From Fidelibacterota bacterium (GTDB lineage Bacteria > Fidelibacterota > Marinisomatia > Marinisomatales > UBA2128), in NCBI GenBank assembly GCA_046861645.1, contig JBHHUM010000045.1:1-17416 (forward strand): a stretch of DNA of 17,416 bases, written 5' to 3'. Each line of letters begins with the position of its first letter. The stretch's first letter is position 1. The position numbers were made by a program, and so were the translations under genes. The notes below the pieces were generated by a model. It was not told the DNA's origin, ran no database searches, and saw nothing but the letters and a program-made list of their open reading frames with translations. This document shows positions 1-7,764 of the stretch, in pieces.

Positions 1-6
1 TTTTGA

Positions 7-33
7 TACTTTTCTTTGCATCAAAGAAAAGTA
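7..33. repeat. Perfect 12-bp inverted repeat (REP-like palindrome or terminator) downstream of the phosphatase gene
   Basis: TACTTTTCTTTG (7-18), loop CAT, CAAAGAAAAGTA (22-33). It lies 24 bp past the stop of the minus-strand ORF ending at 58 and may be truncated by the window edge. Confidence 0.75.
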
Positions 34-57
34 GACAACCTCGTTTTTGAGACCTTA

Positions 58-771
58 TTATGGTTTATTCCCAGATACATGAATGACTCTAGCTGCAATG
101 ACAGCAATATCGTCCAATTTCCCACCCAAGGCTGCCCCCGACCAGGGAGTACGACGTTGTGGATCGGTACTATTTCGCCGTGCCTGATGAGCTAAGGACC
201 GAGCCAGGTTGTCCATATCACTTTCTCCAGTAGCCAGTTCAGCCACCTGATTTTCAAAGAAGTTGTCCCATAAACCGTCCGTGGCTATTACCAACAGGTC
301 ATCTGGAAGCAGTTGATACGTGGACACAACCCCATCTGCAGGTTGATCAGGACTCCCCTCGCCCAACTGGAAGGGGAAATTGAAAGAGTGGAGTGTTATC
401 TGGCGGGACTGCCATACTTGTTCCTCCCGGAGGATGATGAAACCAGAATCCCCAACATTGACGGTAGCGAGCCGATCATCGTTGAGTATGACCACACAGG
501 CTGTGGACGAACCACGTTCCCTGTTCCCGTCACAGGCCTGACGTAGAGCTGACACCGGGTCCCGTTCCCCGGCTTGAATGGCCTGCTCCGTAAGCCGCAA
601 CAGTTCCCGGGCATAACGTCCTGGGTCTATACCCCGCAAGGTCCAACCGCCTACCCCATCGGCAACTCCCAAGGCGTTCAGTTCGTCATTAATGAAGAGT
701 GCGTCTTCACCGCCCTTGGCCGCCTTGGCTGGGTGGGGAAGGAGGTAGCTTCCGGATACAAATCTTAGCAT
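58..771 (-). CDS. PP2C/PPM-family Ser/Thr phosphatase, PTC7-like (resembles plant clade K / PPTC7)
   Basis: Motifs GGEDALF, LGVADGVGGW, GSSTAC, NVGDSGF, HSFNFPFQLG, IATDGLWDN, GGKLDDIAV; all metal-binding Asp positions are present. Confidence 0.92.
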   Translation of the reverse strand: MLRFVSGSYLLPHPAKAAKGGEDALFINDELNALGVADGVGGWTLRGIDPGRYARELLRLTEQAIQAGERDPVSALRQACDGNRERGSSTACVVILNDDRLATVNVGDSGFIILREEQVWQSRQITLHSFNFPFQLGEGSPDQPADGVVSTYQLLPDDLLVIATDGLWDNFFENQVAELATGESDMDNLARSLAHQARRNSTDPQRRTPWSGAALGGKLDDIAVIAARVIHVSGNKP

Positions 772-954
772 GGGTTGTTTTCTAGTAGTTAAGACTTCTC
801 AAATATACGGAGAAACACATTTACTAAATTATTATAGATTAATTATTGATGTCCTTAGAGGCACAACCTTTTTTAGTAATAATTGACAGGCTTACGAGTG
901 ATCACCGTTAGGAGGCAAGCTCTCCTGTATTATATGACAATGGCAGGAAGATTA

Positions 955-2151
955 TCAGATATACCGCCACAAATTCTTGCTGGTCACACAGTGTCCTTCC
1001 TCTACCCGGTTGTTGTAGATGTTAGCGAAACTCCTGGTAGGTTTTTTATCGTGGCTGTATTTGATTTCAACGGGGGTCAGTTTCCCCGTTTCCGTATTGT
1101 GGATGACCAGATCCACCTCGGCATGGGCAGTGTTGCGCCAGAAGTAAAGCTCCCACGGGAGACTGAAGTAGCTCCTGTTCTGCGTGAATAGATTTATCAC
1201 CAGGTTCTCAAACATGCCATCTCGGTCCGTCCGTGAATCTACAGGGGTAAAGTTGTTGATCACTGCATTTCGTATGCCCAGGTCGGAGAAGTAGACTTTG
1301 AATCCTTTGGAAATTTCCTTTCTCGGATTGGTGCTGTATGACCTAAGCAAATGGAGAATATGGAATTTTTCGTAAAGCCCAATGTATTCCAGGACCGTTC
1401 TCCGGCTGATACCTAACTGTCGTGCAATCTCATTGGGATTGATCTCACTGCCCAGTTGTAGCCCAAGGAATTGAAGTAGCTTCTGAAATACTCTTGGATT
1501 GCGAATGCCTTCGATCTCAAAGATATCCTTGAACAGTAGACTGGTAACGTAGTTCTTAAGAATAGCTTGTTTTCTCTCCCGGTTTCCCTCCAGATAGACT
1601 TCAGGAAGAGTGCCGTAGACACAGGCGGTGGGAATTATCTCTTCTATTCGGGTTCTGACCAGTGGATTGTCATAACCGCTAAGAATGTAGTCCAGATTGG
1701 CAGCTTCCCCAACGATCTCGCGAAAGGTAAGCGGGAACAGGTTAAGTGACAGGTGCCGTCCATAAAGGCTGTCTCCAATGTTCCTCATCATGAAGAATGA
1801 GGCTGAGCCCGTGACCACGACCGATGTCTGCGGAAAGTAGTCGTAAATCAGTTTTAGGATCGAGCCCGCCTGGTCGAGGTACTGTATCTCGTCTAAAGCA
1901 AGGAGGCGCACTCCGCTTTTCTCTCCTATGATCTCTTCAAGTCCTGCTATGACGGGCTGTAGAATATTCCGCTGACTTATGTCCTCAAAATCGAAATAGA
2001 GAACCTCTTCCCGCTCCTTCTCCAACCTCCTCAGTTCCCAAGTCTTACCAGACCTCCGCTGTCCCAATATCAGGATGATCATGGGTCTTTCCTGACTAAG
2101 CTCATCGTCAATCAGGGAACTGATTTGACGCTTAATATGGGCATTCGACAT
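955..2151 (-). CDS. ATP-binding protein, AAA_14 + DUF4143 family
   Basis: Walker A GQRRSGKT, Walker B LLALDEIQ, VVVTGS, KVYFSDLG, FENLV, and C-terminal EVDLVI...PVEIK (PD-(D/E)XK-like); ~400 aa is typical of the family. Confidence 0.9.
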   Translation of the reverse strand: MSNAHIKRQISSLIDDELSQERPMIILILGQRRSGKTWELRRLEKEREEVLYFDFEDISQRNILQPVIAGLEEIIGEKSGVRLLALDEIQYLDQAGSILKLIYDYFPQTSVVVTGSASFFMMRNIGDSLYGRHLSLNLFPLTFREIVGEAANLDYILSGYDNPLVRTRIEEIIPTACVYGTLPEVYLEGNRERKQAILKNYVTSLLFKDIFEIEGIRNPRVFQKLLQFLGLQLGSEINPNEIARQLGISRRTVLEYIGLYEKFHILHLLRSYSTNPRKEISKGFKVYFSDLGIRNAVINNFTPVDSRTDRDGMFENLVINLFTQNRSYFSLPWELYFWRNTAHAEVDLVIHNTETGKLTPVEIKYSHDKKPTRSFANIYNNRVEEGHCVTSKNLWRYI

Positions 2152-2394
2152 TATATTACTATATCCTTATGTTAATATGAAAGTGTAATACTATATATAA
2201 TGGTTAATTGCAACATTATTTTATTCCACAAATCCAAATGAATTAAGATAATGGAACACGTGGTTATACCTGTGGGCAGTCACCAAGATAACGCTCCTTA
2301 GCGTCTTTGAACGAGTCAGGTAATTTATTTTCCGGCTAATTACTACCATCTGCCTCCTGCCAACTGCTGCTGTCAGCTGCCCCAAACCTTCCCC

Positions 2395-2422
2395 TTGACT
2401 TCCCTCTCCAGCTTCGTAAATT
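2395..2422 (+). promoter_or_regulatory. Putative sigma70-type promoter for the DUF2914-SDR pair
   Basis: TTGACT (2395-2400), 16-nt spacer, TAAATT (2417-2422), about 50 bp upstream of the ATG at 2472. Confidence 0.5.
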
Positions 2423-2471
2423 CTCCCAGTTCCCATATCGTCCTATGCACAAAACATTAAAACCCTGACCT

Positions 2472-3275
2472 ATGTCTCTGGCAACTTTTATTCTTGTTAC
2501 CCTGGTCTTTGCCATGTTGGCGGTGGTGGCTCGGCAGTTGCGAGTGCCTAATGCGGTGCCTGTTCTGGCGGTTGTGTTCTTGATCTATGTAACTTTCGAA
2601 CTGTTCTCTGATGATAGTACAAGTGGTACAACACTTCCACATCCAGTTCAAATGGAAGAGGAAGAATCGTTTGTGGAGAATAGGGTGGAAGAGACAGATA
2701 CGGTTACCGTTGAAAATGTTCCAGTTGAGGTAGTGGCTCTGGATACTGTTCAGGAATCGGTAGAGGAATTGAATACTGGGGAAGTTAATGAAGTTGTAGT
2801 TGTGGAGCCAGTGATAGAAGTAGAAGAAGTTGGGGTCGATATGGAGGCTGTAGCTAAGGATGGGGAACCCACTCCAGCAGCAGACTCGCCATCTGTCGTA
2901 CTGCGCAAATTCCTCATTTGCCGTGATGTGAATGAAAAGACCCGGGAGGTTATCCGGCCGGGGAAAGAATTTCCAGGAGATGTGGGCAAACTCTTTTGTT
3001 TCACTGCTGTGAAAGCGGAGGCATTGCGGGACTCTATTATTCACGTCTGGTATTACAACAACTGGGAGATGACCCGCGTTCCCATCGAAGTACTGCGGGG
3101 TAATTTTTATCGAGTCTGGAGTCATAAGACGATTCTACCAAAGTGGACCGGTGATTGGTACGTTGCTGTAATTAACTCCAAGGGTGAAGAGATCGGTAGG
3201 AAGGAGTTCCGGATTATGCCCTCAGCAGGAGATGAACCGGTAGTGATTGACACTTTACAGGAGAGTAAAGAATGA
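2472..3275 (+). CDS. Membrane-anchored DUF2914-domain protein with an acidic linker
   Basis: Two N-terminal hydrophobic helices, an E/V-rich low-complexity linker, and a C-terminal domain LFCFTAV...IIHVWYY...YRVWSHKTI...WTGDWYVAV typical of DUF2914. Confidence 0.8.
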   Translation: MSLATFILVTLVFAMLAVVARQLRVPNAVPVLAVVFLIYVTFELFSDDSTSGTTLPHPVQMEEEESFVENRVEETDTVTVENVPVEVVALDTVQESVEELNTGEVNEVVVVEPVIEVEEVGVDMEAVAKDGEPTPAADSPSVVLRKFLICRDVNEKTREVIRPGKEFPGDVGKLFCFTAVKAEALRDSIIHVWYYNNWEMTRVPIEVLRGNFYRVWSHKTILPKWTGDWYVAVINSKGEEIGRKEFRIMPSAGDEPVVIDTLQESKE

Positions 3276-4213
3276 GCGTTCTCATCACAGGATCCTCCGG
3301 CTATATCGGGACCGAACTGTGCCGCCGTTACGCCGCTGCTGAGCACTCACCCAGAATAGTCGGTATTGACCTTGCACCACCCCGGGAAGAGTTTTCGAAC
3401 CTTACTTTTTATCAACTGGATTGCAACGGTGATTTGTCCCCTGTTTTTCAACGGCACAAAGTGGATACCATCATTCACCTGGTTTATGTTTTGAACATGA
3501 CCCACGACTCCCAGCAGATGTACAGGATCAATGTGGGGAGTCTGGAGAACATTCTCAATTACGCCAGTCAACACGGAGTAGCCCGTGTTGTAGTTACCAG
3601 TTCCGCCACGGCTTATGGCGCTCATCCGGACAATCCGCCACTCCTCACAGAAGATGATCCCCTGCGGGGGAATCACGATTTCCAGTATGCTTATAACAAG
3701 ACCATCGTGGAGGATCGGTTGAATCTATTTGCCACTGAATATCCGGATGTGGATGTGGTTATTGCCCGTCCAGCTATCGTCTGCGGTGCCCATATCAGCA
3801 ACTTTATTTCACGTTATATCAATAAACCCCTGGTACCACTGGTGAAGGACAGTCTCACGGAGATGCAATTCCTGCACGAAGAAGATGCGGCTGACGCTCT
3901 CTTTACCTTGGCAACAGAAGCTCCGGCGGGAGTTTACAATCTGGGACCGCCAAATACTATCCATCATGGGGAAGCAGTAAAGATTCTGGGAGGACGCTCC
4001 ATTAATGTTCGACCGGGATTATTACGGTTTATGACAGCTCTGGCGTGGACCCTGCGGTTGAAGTACTTTGCTGAAGCCCCAGCATCCATGATTAACTTCA
4101 TCCAGTACCCCTGGGTGGTAGACGGCAGTAAGATTGAGGAACTCACCAGTTTCCGTTATCGCTACTCGTCAGAGGATGCCATTCGTGCTTTTGAGGAAGC
4201 CCGGAACGAATAA
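3272..4213 (+). CDS. NAD-dependent epimerase/dehydratase (extended SDR)
   Basis: ITGSSGYIG Rossmann motif, SSATAYG, catalytic YAYNK (YxxxK), ARPAIVCG; ATGA overlap with the upstream gene. Confidence 0.92.
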   Translation: MSVLITGSSGYIGTELCRRYAAAEHSPRIVGIDLAPPREEFSNLTFYQLDCNGDLSPVFQRHKVDTIIHLVYVLNMTHDSQQMYRINVGSLENILNYASQHGVARVVVTSSATAYGAHPDNPPLLTEDDPLRGNHDFQYAYNKTIVEDRLNLFATEYPDVDVVIARPAIVCGAHISNFISRYINKPLVPLVKDSLTEMQFLHEEDAADALFTLATEAPAGVYNLGPPNTIHHGEAVKILGGRSINVRPGLLRFMTALAWTLRLKYFAEAPASMINFIQYPWVVDGSKIEELTSFRYRYSSEDAIRAFEEARNE

Positions 4214-4429
4214 TCCATATCTACTACCTATTAGATCAGTCAACTCCATAACTCAACCTCTCATTGGTCATAGATTTCAGGTGAGTTAAGAGGGAAGAGG
4301 AAGTGATTTGAAAAATGATTTTGAACTTCGCACATATTCCATGCAATTTGGACAAATAAATGTCATGTACTATGAAACTGAACCTAATAGGAACATAGTT
4401 GGCCTGATAGTAGGGAAGAGTGGAAACCG

Positions 4430-4870
4430 ATGGCTGATCTTCATCCCCCTTTGACGCATTTTCCTGTCGCTCTGCTGGTTACTGCATTTCTGTTCCAGGT
4501 AGTGGTGATATTACGACGGGAATGGCTGGCTCCCTCAGTACCCCTTTGGGTTCTGGGTCTGGCTGTGGCGATTACACTCTTTACCACTCTATCGGGTGAG
4601 GCTGCGGCAGAAATAGCTTCAGCCAGTGGTAACATTTCCGATGATGTCGCCACTCTTATCGCTAACCATGAGCAGTATGCAAATATTACCATCTGGGGGT
4701 CACTGGTTCTGTTTATTAGCTGGTTCTGGTGTCGTCTTAAATATGGTGACTCCCGGCTACTGGGAATGATCGTTCTTTTAGCCCTCTTCCTTCTCTCAGT
4801 GATAGTATTGATTACGGGGGATAAGGGTGGCAATCTAGTTCTGGAATATGGTGTGGGAGTAGAACTGTAA
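4430..4870 (+). CDS. DUF2231-family membrane protein (about 4 TM helices)
   Basis: N-terminal LHPPLTHFPVALL, SGEAA, NHE, C-terminal TGDKGGNLVLEYGVGV; four hydrophobic segments. Confidence 0.82.
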   Translation: MADLHPPLTHFPVALLVTAFLFQVVVILRREWLAPSVPLWVLGLAVAITLFTTLSGEAAAEIASASGNISDDVATLIANHEQYANITIWGSLVLFISWFWCRLKYGDSRLLGMIVLLALFLLSVIVLITGDKGGNLVLEYGVGVEL

Positions 4871-5032
4871 TGAAGGATTTAGTAACCTCTGTATGTCATG
4901 TAAGCAGTGGTACGGTCTGGTTAGATTGTGAAGTGAAAGAAACTTATTATTCCGGGTTTACTCTTCTCCACAGATTTGCCTTTCATTATCAAAATCGTAA
5001 AGAGAAAATAAGTTTTATTTAAGGGGTCATCC

Positions 5033-6109
5033 TTGCAGCGGCGTCAATTTCTTCAATCACTCCCAGCTCTGGTGGCACTGACTGCTGCTCCTTGGCGGTT
5101 GGGTAACCTCAAAGGACAGATCAATATTGCGGACTTGGAGGTTTGTGACATTCACCTTCATCTTCTGGCCTTGAGTGAAAAGAACGGATGCTATGTCAAT
5201 CCCCGCTTCCGCCGCTCGCTGGTTTATAATCTGGTGCACCTGTTCACCGATCTACCCTCGAAAGGGACTGCAGAAGAACAGGATAACCAATACGTGGAGA
5301 ATCTAGTAAAGTTGTTGCATACCCCTTTCAAACGACACAGCGCCGTACTCCTGGCTATGGATGGAGTGTACGACAGCTCCGGTGAGCTTGATCTGGATGC
5401 AACTCCCCTACTGGTCTCCAATGATTACCTTTTTAAAGTATGCTCCTCAAATGCTCAATTCAATCCCGGTGCTTCCGTCAATCCTTACCGTCAGGATGCC
5501 CTGGATGAGCTGGATCGGGTGGTTGAGTTGGGCGCAGTACTCATCAAGTGGATTCCCAATAGTCAGAGGATAAATCCTGAGGACAAACAGATTATTCCGT
5601 TCTACCGTAAGTTAGTGGAGTTGGGTATTCCTCTTCTGGTTCATGCCGCCGAAGAGCACGCCGTGCCTGCAGTGGATCAGTCTTACGGTGATCCCAACTT
5701 ACTCTATCGTCCACTGGAAGAAGGAGTACAGGTGATTGTGGCTCACGCAGCGGCAGATGGAGTCAGTCTTAAACATCCCTTTTTTGACCGTTTCCTCGAG
5801 ATGTTGGCTTGGTACCCGAACCTGTATGGTGATATATCAGCGTTGACTATGGCTCATATGTCCCGATATCTCAAACATCTGGTCGACCATCCCCACCTTT
5901 TTGAAAGGCTTTATTATGGAAGTGACTTTCCCCTGCAGTTTTTTCCCGCTACCAGCCCTTTTTACTTTCTTGGCGAGTTATCGACGAAAGAAGCCTGGCT
6001 CCTTCAGAAAATAGATAATACTTTGGAGCAGAATGTACTTACCCTGTACGAGTTAGGGATACCGCCTACATGCTTCTCGAAGGGATTTGATCTTCTCCCG
6101 GAGATCTAA
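5033..6109 (+). CDS. Amidohydrolase family (Amidohydro_2) metal-dependent hydrolase with a Tat-like leader
   Basis: N-terminal RRQFL; DIHLH (HxH), ASVNPYR, LLVHAAEE, VAHAA, YGDISA, YGSDFP; TTG start preceded by AAGGGG. Confidence 0.88.
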   Translation: MQRRQFLQSLPALVALTAAPWRLGNLKGQINIADLEVCDIHLHLLALSEKNGCYVNPRFRRSLVYNLVHLFTDLPSKGTAEEQDNQYVENLVKLLHTPFKRHSAVLLAMDGVYDSSGELDLDATPLLVSNDYLFKVCSSNAQFNPGASVNPYRQDALDELDRVVELGAVLIKWIPNSQRINPEDKQIIPFYRKLVELGIPLLVHAAEEHAVPAVDQSYGDPNLLYRPLEEGVQVIVAHAAADGVSLKHPFFDRFLEMLAWYPNLYGDISALTMAHMSRYLKHLVDHPHLFERLYYGSDFPLQFFPATSPFYFLGELSTKEAWLLQKIDNTLEQNVLTLYELGIPPTCFSKGFDLLPEI

Positions 6110-6112
6110 TCT

Positions 6113-7240
6113 TTGCTCCTGCTGATATTATCTCTTCTAGTCCTCCTGCTAATGATATTGTACTGGAAAACGCTCAAGTCCCTTTACAGGATTTTGATGC
6201 TATTGGCCAATATCCTTCCTGGGAGGATATCATCGTTTCTCAATGTGCTTGCACCAGGAGTGACAGTCGAGGATGCAACATATTCTTCGGGTGATGATCT
6301 GGAACTCCCTTTGAGGATATATCATCCCCACTCAATTTCCAAAGCTTCTGCGTTAATCCTTTTTCAAGGGGCCTCTCCCTCAGGAGAAAAACATGAGGTG
6401 ATCAACCGGCTGGCCAGAGGACTGGCAAAAGTAGGTTTCAGGGTGTTCATCCCCCGTTTGCCCAGGTTGAAGGAGATACTGATTCGAGTTGAGACAATCG
6501 AACGGATAATTGAAGTTTTCCAACAGGTGCAGGAACGCCGGGACATCTTTGCTGATAGAATCACTGTTATCGGTTTCAGCTTTAGTGGATCTTTACTGGT
6601 GAAAGCTTGCCTGGATAGACGGATGAATGGTCTTCCTGCCAGGGTGCTCTGCTATGGAAGTTATTTCGATCTGGAAAGGACACTGGAATTTGTGTTAACT
6701 GGGGAATACGGGTATGGAGAACGACAATATAGGTTGGAACCACACGAATGGGGAAGCACTGTTTTCTTCCATAATTATCTGGAGGAGTTGGATGGAGATT
6801 TCAATATCGATGCCCTGCGAAACTACTTCCTGTCTCTGATCGAAGAGGACTCAAAGAAAGCCGAGAATTATGCTTTACTCTCAAAAAAGGAGAAAGATTT
6901 CATTGATCTTATTAATCACGATCGTGAGGAGAGCCTGCGGATGGCAAGGGCTGTTATACCCAGGTTGCGGCCTATTATTGAAACTCTATCCCCACGTTAT
7001 TTTATCCAGGAGATCAACTTTCCTGTATATCTTGTCCATGGTGCAAAAGATAATATGATTCCCTTTACCGAGACTATGGCATTCAGTGAAGCCCTTGAGC
7101 AACAGGGTAAGGAAGTTAATACCTTTATCAGTCGGCTCTACACTCATAGTGAGCTGGAAGCGGGTAGTCGGGGAATTTTCAGCCTGATGGGGGAATTATG
7201 GCGTTTAGGTCGCTTCTTAAATGACTTTTTGTTTTTTTGA
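6113..7240 (+). CDS. Membrane-anchored alpha/beta-fold hydrolase
   Basis: N-terminal hydrophobic anchor, LPLRIYHP, nucleophile elbow GFSFSG, VHGAKDNMIP (Asp), YTH (His); starts 3 bp after the amidohydrolase stop. Confidence 0.82.
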   Translation: MLLLILSLLVLLLMILYWKTLKSLYRILMLLANILPGRISSFLNVLAPGVTVEDATYSSGDDLELPLRIYHPHSISKASALILFQGASPSGEKHEVINRLARGLAKVGFRVFIPRLPRLKEILIRVETIERIIEVFQQVQERRDIFADRITVIGFSFSGSLLVKACLDRRMNGLPARVLCYGSYFDLERTLEFVLTGEYGYGERQYRLEPHEWGSTVFFHNYLEELDGDFNIDALRNYFLSLIEEDSKKAENYALLSKKEKDFIDLINHDREESLRMARAVIPRLRPIIETLSPRYFIQEINFPVYLVHGAKDNMIPFTETMAFSEALEQQGKEVNTFISRLYTHSELEAGSRGIFSLMGELWRLGRFLNDFLFF

Positions 7241-7264
7241 GAAGGGTCTAAAGATGGTAATTTT

Positions 7265-7331
7265 TCTCGACGAGGTCTCGTCGGAAAATACTTGACTTTC
7301 TCGACGAGAGCATCTAAACTTCTCGTCAAGA
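7265..7331. promoter_or_regulatory. Four copies of an 11-bp palindromic box TCTCGWCGAGA (candidate operator array)
   Basis: TCTCGACGAGG 7265-7275, TCTCGTCGGAA 7276-7286, TCTCGACGAGA 7299-7309, TCTCGTCAAGA 7321-7331. Confidence 0.7.
7292..7320 (+). promoter_or_regulatory. Sigma70-type promoter of the 74-aa repeat protein gene
   Basis: TTGACT (7292-7297), 17-nt spacer, TAAACT (7315-7320); RBS AAGGAG at 7362-7367 before ATG 7374. Confidence 0.72.
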
Positions 7332-7373
7332 AGCGGGATTTCTTGATTTTCAACCAAAAGAAAGGAGAAAAAA

Positions 7374-7598
7374 ATGGCCGAAAAAGTAAAAACAGTAGGC
7401 GTAAATAAAGAATCCGGATTTCTTTACTACCTCGGTAAAGATGGTGATGTATGGCGTTCTAAAATGGCTCGAGCTGGTAAAGGTGGAGGGAATGCTGAAA
7501 AAGTAGCTTCCGCAGGTGTAAGCAGAGAATCTGGTTACCTCTACTTCATCGACAAGGATGGTGATGTATCTCGTGCCAAGATGGCTCGAGGTCGCTAA
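7374..7598 (+). CDS. Small basic protein built from two ~39-aa repeats; function unknown (possibly nucleic-acid binding)
   Basis: Strong RBS, own promoter and terminator. Residues 2-33 and 41-72 are identical at 21 of 32 positions; 15 K/R versus 9 D/E. Confidence 0.88.
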   Translation: MAEKVKTVGVNKESGFLYYLGKDGDVWRSKMARAGKGGGNAEKVASAGVSRESGYLYFIDKDGDVSRAKMARGR

Positions 7599-7621
7599 AT
7601 ACCGCATCATCGGTTGAACTT

Positions 7622-7650
7622 GAGAGCCCCCTGATGGGGGCTTTCTTGTA
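7622..7650 (+). terminator. Intrinsic terminator after the 74-aa gene
   Basis: Stem GAGAGCCCCC (7622-7631), loop TGAT, GGGGGCTTTC (7636-7645), running into a short T-rich tail. Confidence 0.8.
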
Positions 7651-7764
7651 TCCGGTAAGATTTATTTAACTCTGAAAGTGTATTACTTCATAGATTTGCA
7701 ATAATTCGTAAGCGAAAATAACGGGAAAAAATAAGCCAGAAACGGTATAAAATGGGGGGAAGTG

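Noticed and set aside
883..1191. 102-aa plus-strand ORF and other short ORFs nested in the called genes
   Set aside because: They overlap well-supported genes on the opposite strand or in another frame and lack family motifs.
2221..2436. 71-aa minus-strand ORF in the divergent intergenic region
   Set aside because: No recognisable motif, and it overlaps the predicted plus-strand promoter; cannot be supported.
2457..3125. 222-aa minus-strand ORF
   Set aside because: It is the antisense shadow of the low-complexity DUF2914 gene and has no recognisable motifs.
7265..7331. Possible mini-CRISPR or transposon end
   Set aside because: The units are only 11 bp with 0-12 bp gaps, and no cas or transposase gene is present; an operator array fits better.
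7350..7610. 86-aa minus-strand ORF over the small repeat protein
   Set aside because: The plus strand has the promoter, RBS, terminator and protein-level repeat; this ORF is its shadow.
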